A program made the translations under genes and the position numbers. The notes below the pieces were generated by a model. It was not told the DNA's origin. It saw only the letters and a list, made by a program, of their open reading frames with translations, and did not search any database. Positions 16,296 through 19,106 of a stretch of DNA of 19,106 nucleotides are shown one piece after another. Origin of the DNA: Methanotrichaceae archaeon. Its GTDB lineage: Archaea; Halobacteriota; Methanosarcinia; Methanotrichales; Methanotrichaceae. Position 1 is the first letter of the stretch. Each line of letters begins with the position of its first letter. Where the stretch lies: NCBI GenBank assembly GCA_963803145.1, contig CAWDLW010000048.1, positions 1 to 19,106 of the forward strand, written 5' to 3'.

Positions 16296-16982
16296 TCATC
16301 GCCCCTGTATTCGGTTAACGACAAGGTTGATAATTAGGGACAATAGCAGTAGTATTATCCCGAGTGCCAGTGAAAGCTCGATATCACCCATTGACGTCTC
16401 AAGGGCTATGGCTGTTGTCAGAACACGAGTGTAGCCTCTGATGTTACCTCCAATCATCATCGCGACGCCGACCTCTGAGATTGCCCTGCCAAACCCGAGG
16501 AGAACCGCGGCAACTACAGAATGTTTTGCCTCATTTATTACTGTGAGTATTATCTGCGGCTCAGTCGCACCCAGAGATTTGGATGTCTCTTTAATCTGTA
16601 CGTCCACGCCCCGCAAAGCCGTGATTGTGAGGCCGATCATGACTGGCGTTATCAATATTGTCTGGCCGAGAACCATCCCTGTTGGAGTGAAGAGAAGGTT
16701 TAAGCTGCCCAGAGGCCCATCGCGAGTGAGCAAAAGAAAGACCAGCAGTCCTACGACGACAGTAGGCAGGCTGTAAAGAGTCTGAATTATGTTTATCAGC
16801 GCTCTTTTGCCTCGAAAATTATGAAACTCAATAAGACCGCCGAGAGGTATGCAGATCAAAGAGGCAAAAATTATGGAAGCTATTGAGATGGATAGAGATC
16901 TGGCGGTTATGCTCATGACCTCGGGATTGAGGGTTACTATCAGCTCTATCGCTCTAAGAAATCCCGCCGAGATCTCATCCAA
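16296..16982 (-). CDS. tupB: Tungstate ABC transporter permease
   Basis: LPTVVVGL, GPLGSLNLLFTP and FGRAISEVGVAMMIGGNIRGYTRVLTTAIALETSMG motifs, typical of TupB. Confidence 0.9.
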   Translation of the reverse strand: MDEISAGFLRAIELIVTLNPEVMSITARSLSISIASIIFASLICIPLGGLIEFHNFRGKRALINIIQTLYSLPTVVVGLLVFLLLTRDGPLGSLNLLFTPTGMVLGQTILITPVMIGLTITALRGVDVQIKETSKSLGATEPQIILTVINEAKHSVVAAVLLGFGRAISEVGVAMMIGGNIRGYTRVLTTAIALETSMGDIELSLALGIILLLLSLIINLVVNRIQGR

Positions 16983-17000
16983 TCGTTACTCCGTCCTCCT

Positions 17001-17933
17001 TCAGGCTGTGGCGCAGGAAGCATTTGTGGGCACAGCGCACTCAGCTGCTGAGCAGCCGATCTTTGTGCAGTTACCCCTGGCCGTAAAGAAGAGCGCCTGG
17101 CCGTATAAATCCTTGCCGAAGTTGGCTATTAGATTCTGGCCCTCATCGGACACGAGGAAGTTTATGAACTTGTTGGCCATCTCGCAGTTCACACCCGGAT
17201 GCTTCTTGGGGTTCACAGCAATTGCAGTGTAAACGTTCAGCAGATCGTTTCCGCCCTCGATCAGTGGCACTAGCGTAAAGTTGCCCGGATATTTCTTCGT
17301 ATATGCCATGAAGGTAGAGGTATCGCTGAGTGTATAGGCATTCTTCTCGTTGGTCACCAGGAGAGTTGCACCCATCCCCTGTCCTGTCTCGAGGTACCAT
17401 GGACCAGAGTTATTGACCTGGGAGTAATTGATGCCCGCCATCTGCCAGAGCTGCTTCTCTCTTGAATAGGTTCCTGAGTTGTCTCCTCTGGATATGAACG
17501 TGACCTTGCTTGGGTCTGCTTTGCCCTTCTCCATTATGACTTTGAAGGCTGAGGTGGCGTTCATGCCCTTTACTCCTGCCGGATCATCTTTCGGGCCGAC
17601 AATCACGAAATAGTTATAGGCAACGCATCTCCTCTCAATACCGTAACCACCCTGGATAAACTGAAGCTCCGCGTTCTTATCGTGGACCAGAAGAACATCC
17701 ACATCTCCTCGCTGGCCATACTGAATGGCCTGTCCACTTCCGACTGATATGATATCCAAAGATACGTTATATTCTTTCTCGAAAATTGGCTTAATCGCAT
17801 CAAGCAGCCCTGTGTCATGAAGGCTGGTTGTTGTAGCCAGCTTTAATCGGCTGCTATCGGCTGCACCATACGCGCTGCAAAGCAACGATACCGCAAGGAG
17901 CAGCATTGAGATCTTGAGAATTTTTCCCTCCAT
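17001..17933 (-). CDS. tupA: Tungstate ABC transporter substrate-binding protein
   Basis: LATTTS..DTGLLD tungstate signature, DVLLVH, FISRGDNSGT, GQGMGATL and AYTLSD motifs; signal peptide; GGTGA RBS before ATG 17933. Confidence 0.9.
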   Translation of the reverse strand: MEGKILKISMLLLAVSLLCSAYGAADSSRLKLATTTSLHDTGLLDAIKPIFEKEYNVSLDIISVGSGQAIQYGQRGDVDVLLVHDKNAELQFIQGGYGIERRCVAYNYFVIVGPKDDPAGVKGMNATSAFKVIMEKGKADPSKVTFISRGDNSGTYSREKQLWQMAGINYSQVNNSGPWYLETGQGMGATLLVTNEKNAYTLSDTSTFMAYTKKYPGNFTLVPLIEGGNDLLNVYTAIAVNPKKHPGVNCEMANKFINFLVSDEGQNLIANFGKDLYGQALFFTARGNCTKIGCSAAECAVPTNASCATA

Positions 17934-17947
17934 GAAGATCACCCTTG

Positions 17948-17965
17948 GTAATCGTAATAGATTAC
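17948..17965. promoter_or_regulatory. Palindromic operator candidate upstream of tupA
   Basis: GTAATC-N6-GATTAC, 14 bp upstream of the tupA ATG; a second IR, TTAGC-N6-GCTAA, at 17981-17996. Confidence 0.4.
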
Positions 17966-18064
17966 AATAAAAAGGTTATGTTAGCTTTTATGCTAAATGG
18001 TATAGGAATTGATTGAAGGGGAAATTATATCATCCGGTTATCATCATCTACTGAAAGCCAAGTG

Positions 18065-19021
18065 ATGAAAAACAAGTCAATACTTATTACGGGCGGTGCC
18101 GGCTTTATAGGAAGCCATCTTATCGATGCATTGCTACCGGAAAACAAGATCACTGTTCTGGATAACTTCAGCTCGGGCAAGAGGGAGCATATCGATCACC
18201 ACATGAGCAATCCTAGCTTCACGATAATTGAAGCTGATATGCTGGATATTTCTGCCCTGGAAAAAGCAGTTGCAGGAAATGATATCATTTTTCACTTGGC
18301 CGCCAACCCAGATGTAAAACTCGGTGCCGAAGATACGAGGATCCACTTTGACCAGAATATCCTTGCAACGTATAACCTGCTGGAGGCAATGCGCAGGACC
18401 GGCGTCCGGAAAATAGCCTTCACCTCCACATCCACCGTTTATGGCGATGCCTTGACAATCCCTACGCCTGAAGACTACGGTCCTCTTATGCCAATCTCTC
18501 TTTATGGAGCATCCAAGCTCGCATGCGAGGCGCTGATCTCCTCCTACTGTCACACATTTGATATGCAGTCATGGATATACCGCTTTGCAAACATAGTTGG
18601 CGAGCGTGGAACTCATGGCGTCATCGTAGATTTCATAAGGAAGCTCAGGGAGAATCCAAAGGAGCTTGAAATACTGGGATCGGGAAGGCAGTGCAAGTCA
18701 TACCTTGAGGTGAGGGACTGCACCCAGGCGATGATATACTGTGTCGAGCATTCCGGGGAGCAGACGAACATATTCAACATCGGTTCCTCTGACTCAGTGA
18801 ATGTAACGGATATAGCGAATATTGTTGTAGAGCTCATGGGTCTCTCTGGAGTGGGCTATAAATATACAGGCGGAATCAACGGCAGAGGCTGGAGGGGCGA
18901 CGTGAAGCTAATGCAGCTCTCAATTGATAAAATTAGAAGTCTGGGCTGGCATCCAATGCACAGCTCGGCAGATTCAATCAAGGTTGCTGTGAATGCTCTT
19001 CTGAAAGACGAAATGCTTTAG
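18065..19021 (+). CDS. NAD-dependent epimerase/dehydratase (UDP-glucose 4-epimerase-like extended SDR)
   Basis: TGGAGFIGSH, FHLAANPDV, FTSTSTVYG and YGASK catalytic motifs. Confidence 0.92.
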   Translation: MKNKSILITGGAGFIGSHLIDALLPENKITVLDNFSSGKREHIDHHMSNPSFTIIEADMLDISALEKAVAGNDIIFHLAANPDVKLGAEDTRIHFDQNILATYNLLEAMRRTGVRKIAFTSTSTVYGDALTIPTPEDYGPLMPISLYGASKLACEALISSYCHTFDMQSWIYRFANIVGERGTHGVIVDFIRKLRENPKELEILGSGRQCKSYLEVRDCTQAMIYCVEHSGEQTNIFNIGSSDSVNVTDIANIVVELMGLSGVGYKYTGGINGRGWRGDVKLMQLSIDKIRSLGWHPMHSSADSIKVAVNALLKDEML

Positions 19022-19027
19022 GCTGTT

Positions 19028-19106
19028 GTGAACTCCTCCCACGGCCTGAAGGCCGGGGACTTCCCGCTCCGCCCTTCGCAATCCCGCGAGTTAAAAATAC
19101 TAAAAA
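19028..19106 (-). mobile_element. IS200/IS605-family right end (element may continue beyond the window)
   Basis: Minus strand reads GAAGTCCCCGGCCTTCAGGCCGTGGGAGGAGTTCAC: a hairpin with TTCA loop followed by terminal TCAC, 6 bp after the epimerase stop. Confidence 0.65.

Overview
Archaeal chromosomal window, most consistent with a Methanothrix (Methanosaeta)/Methanotrichaceae methanogen. This is inferred from GGAGG/GGTG RBS use, TATA-like AT-rich intergenics, a Tfx regulator and the style of the secreted hypothetical proteins. Left to right: two indel-riddled genes (PNPOx-like FMN-binding protein and UPF0104 flippase-like protein); a ~165-bp non-autonomous IS200/IS605-type element; two tandem paralogous secreted three-repeat proteins (candidate MspA-like sheath proteins); a polyprenyl diphosphate synthase; a membrane protein; a pirin C-terminal remnant; YgiD dioxygenase; a double-CDGSH Fe-S protein; a ~1080-aa CHAT-STAND NTPase-TPR protein; a CDF transporter; YjbQ; two secreted hypotheticals; an HdeD fragment; an ICMT-family methyltransferase; Tfx; tungstate ABC transporter tupCBA; a GalE-like epimerase; and a second IS200/IS605 right end at the window edge. 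No rRNA, tRNA or CRISPR array was seen. All family calls come from motif recognition, not database searches.
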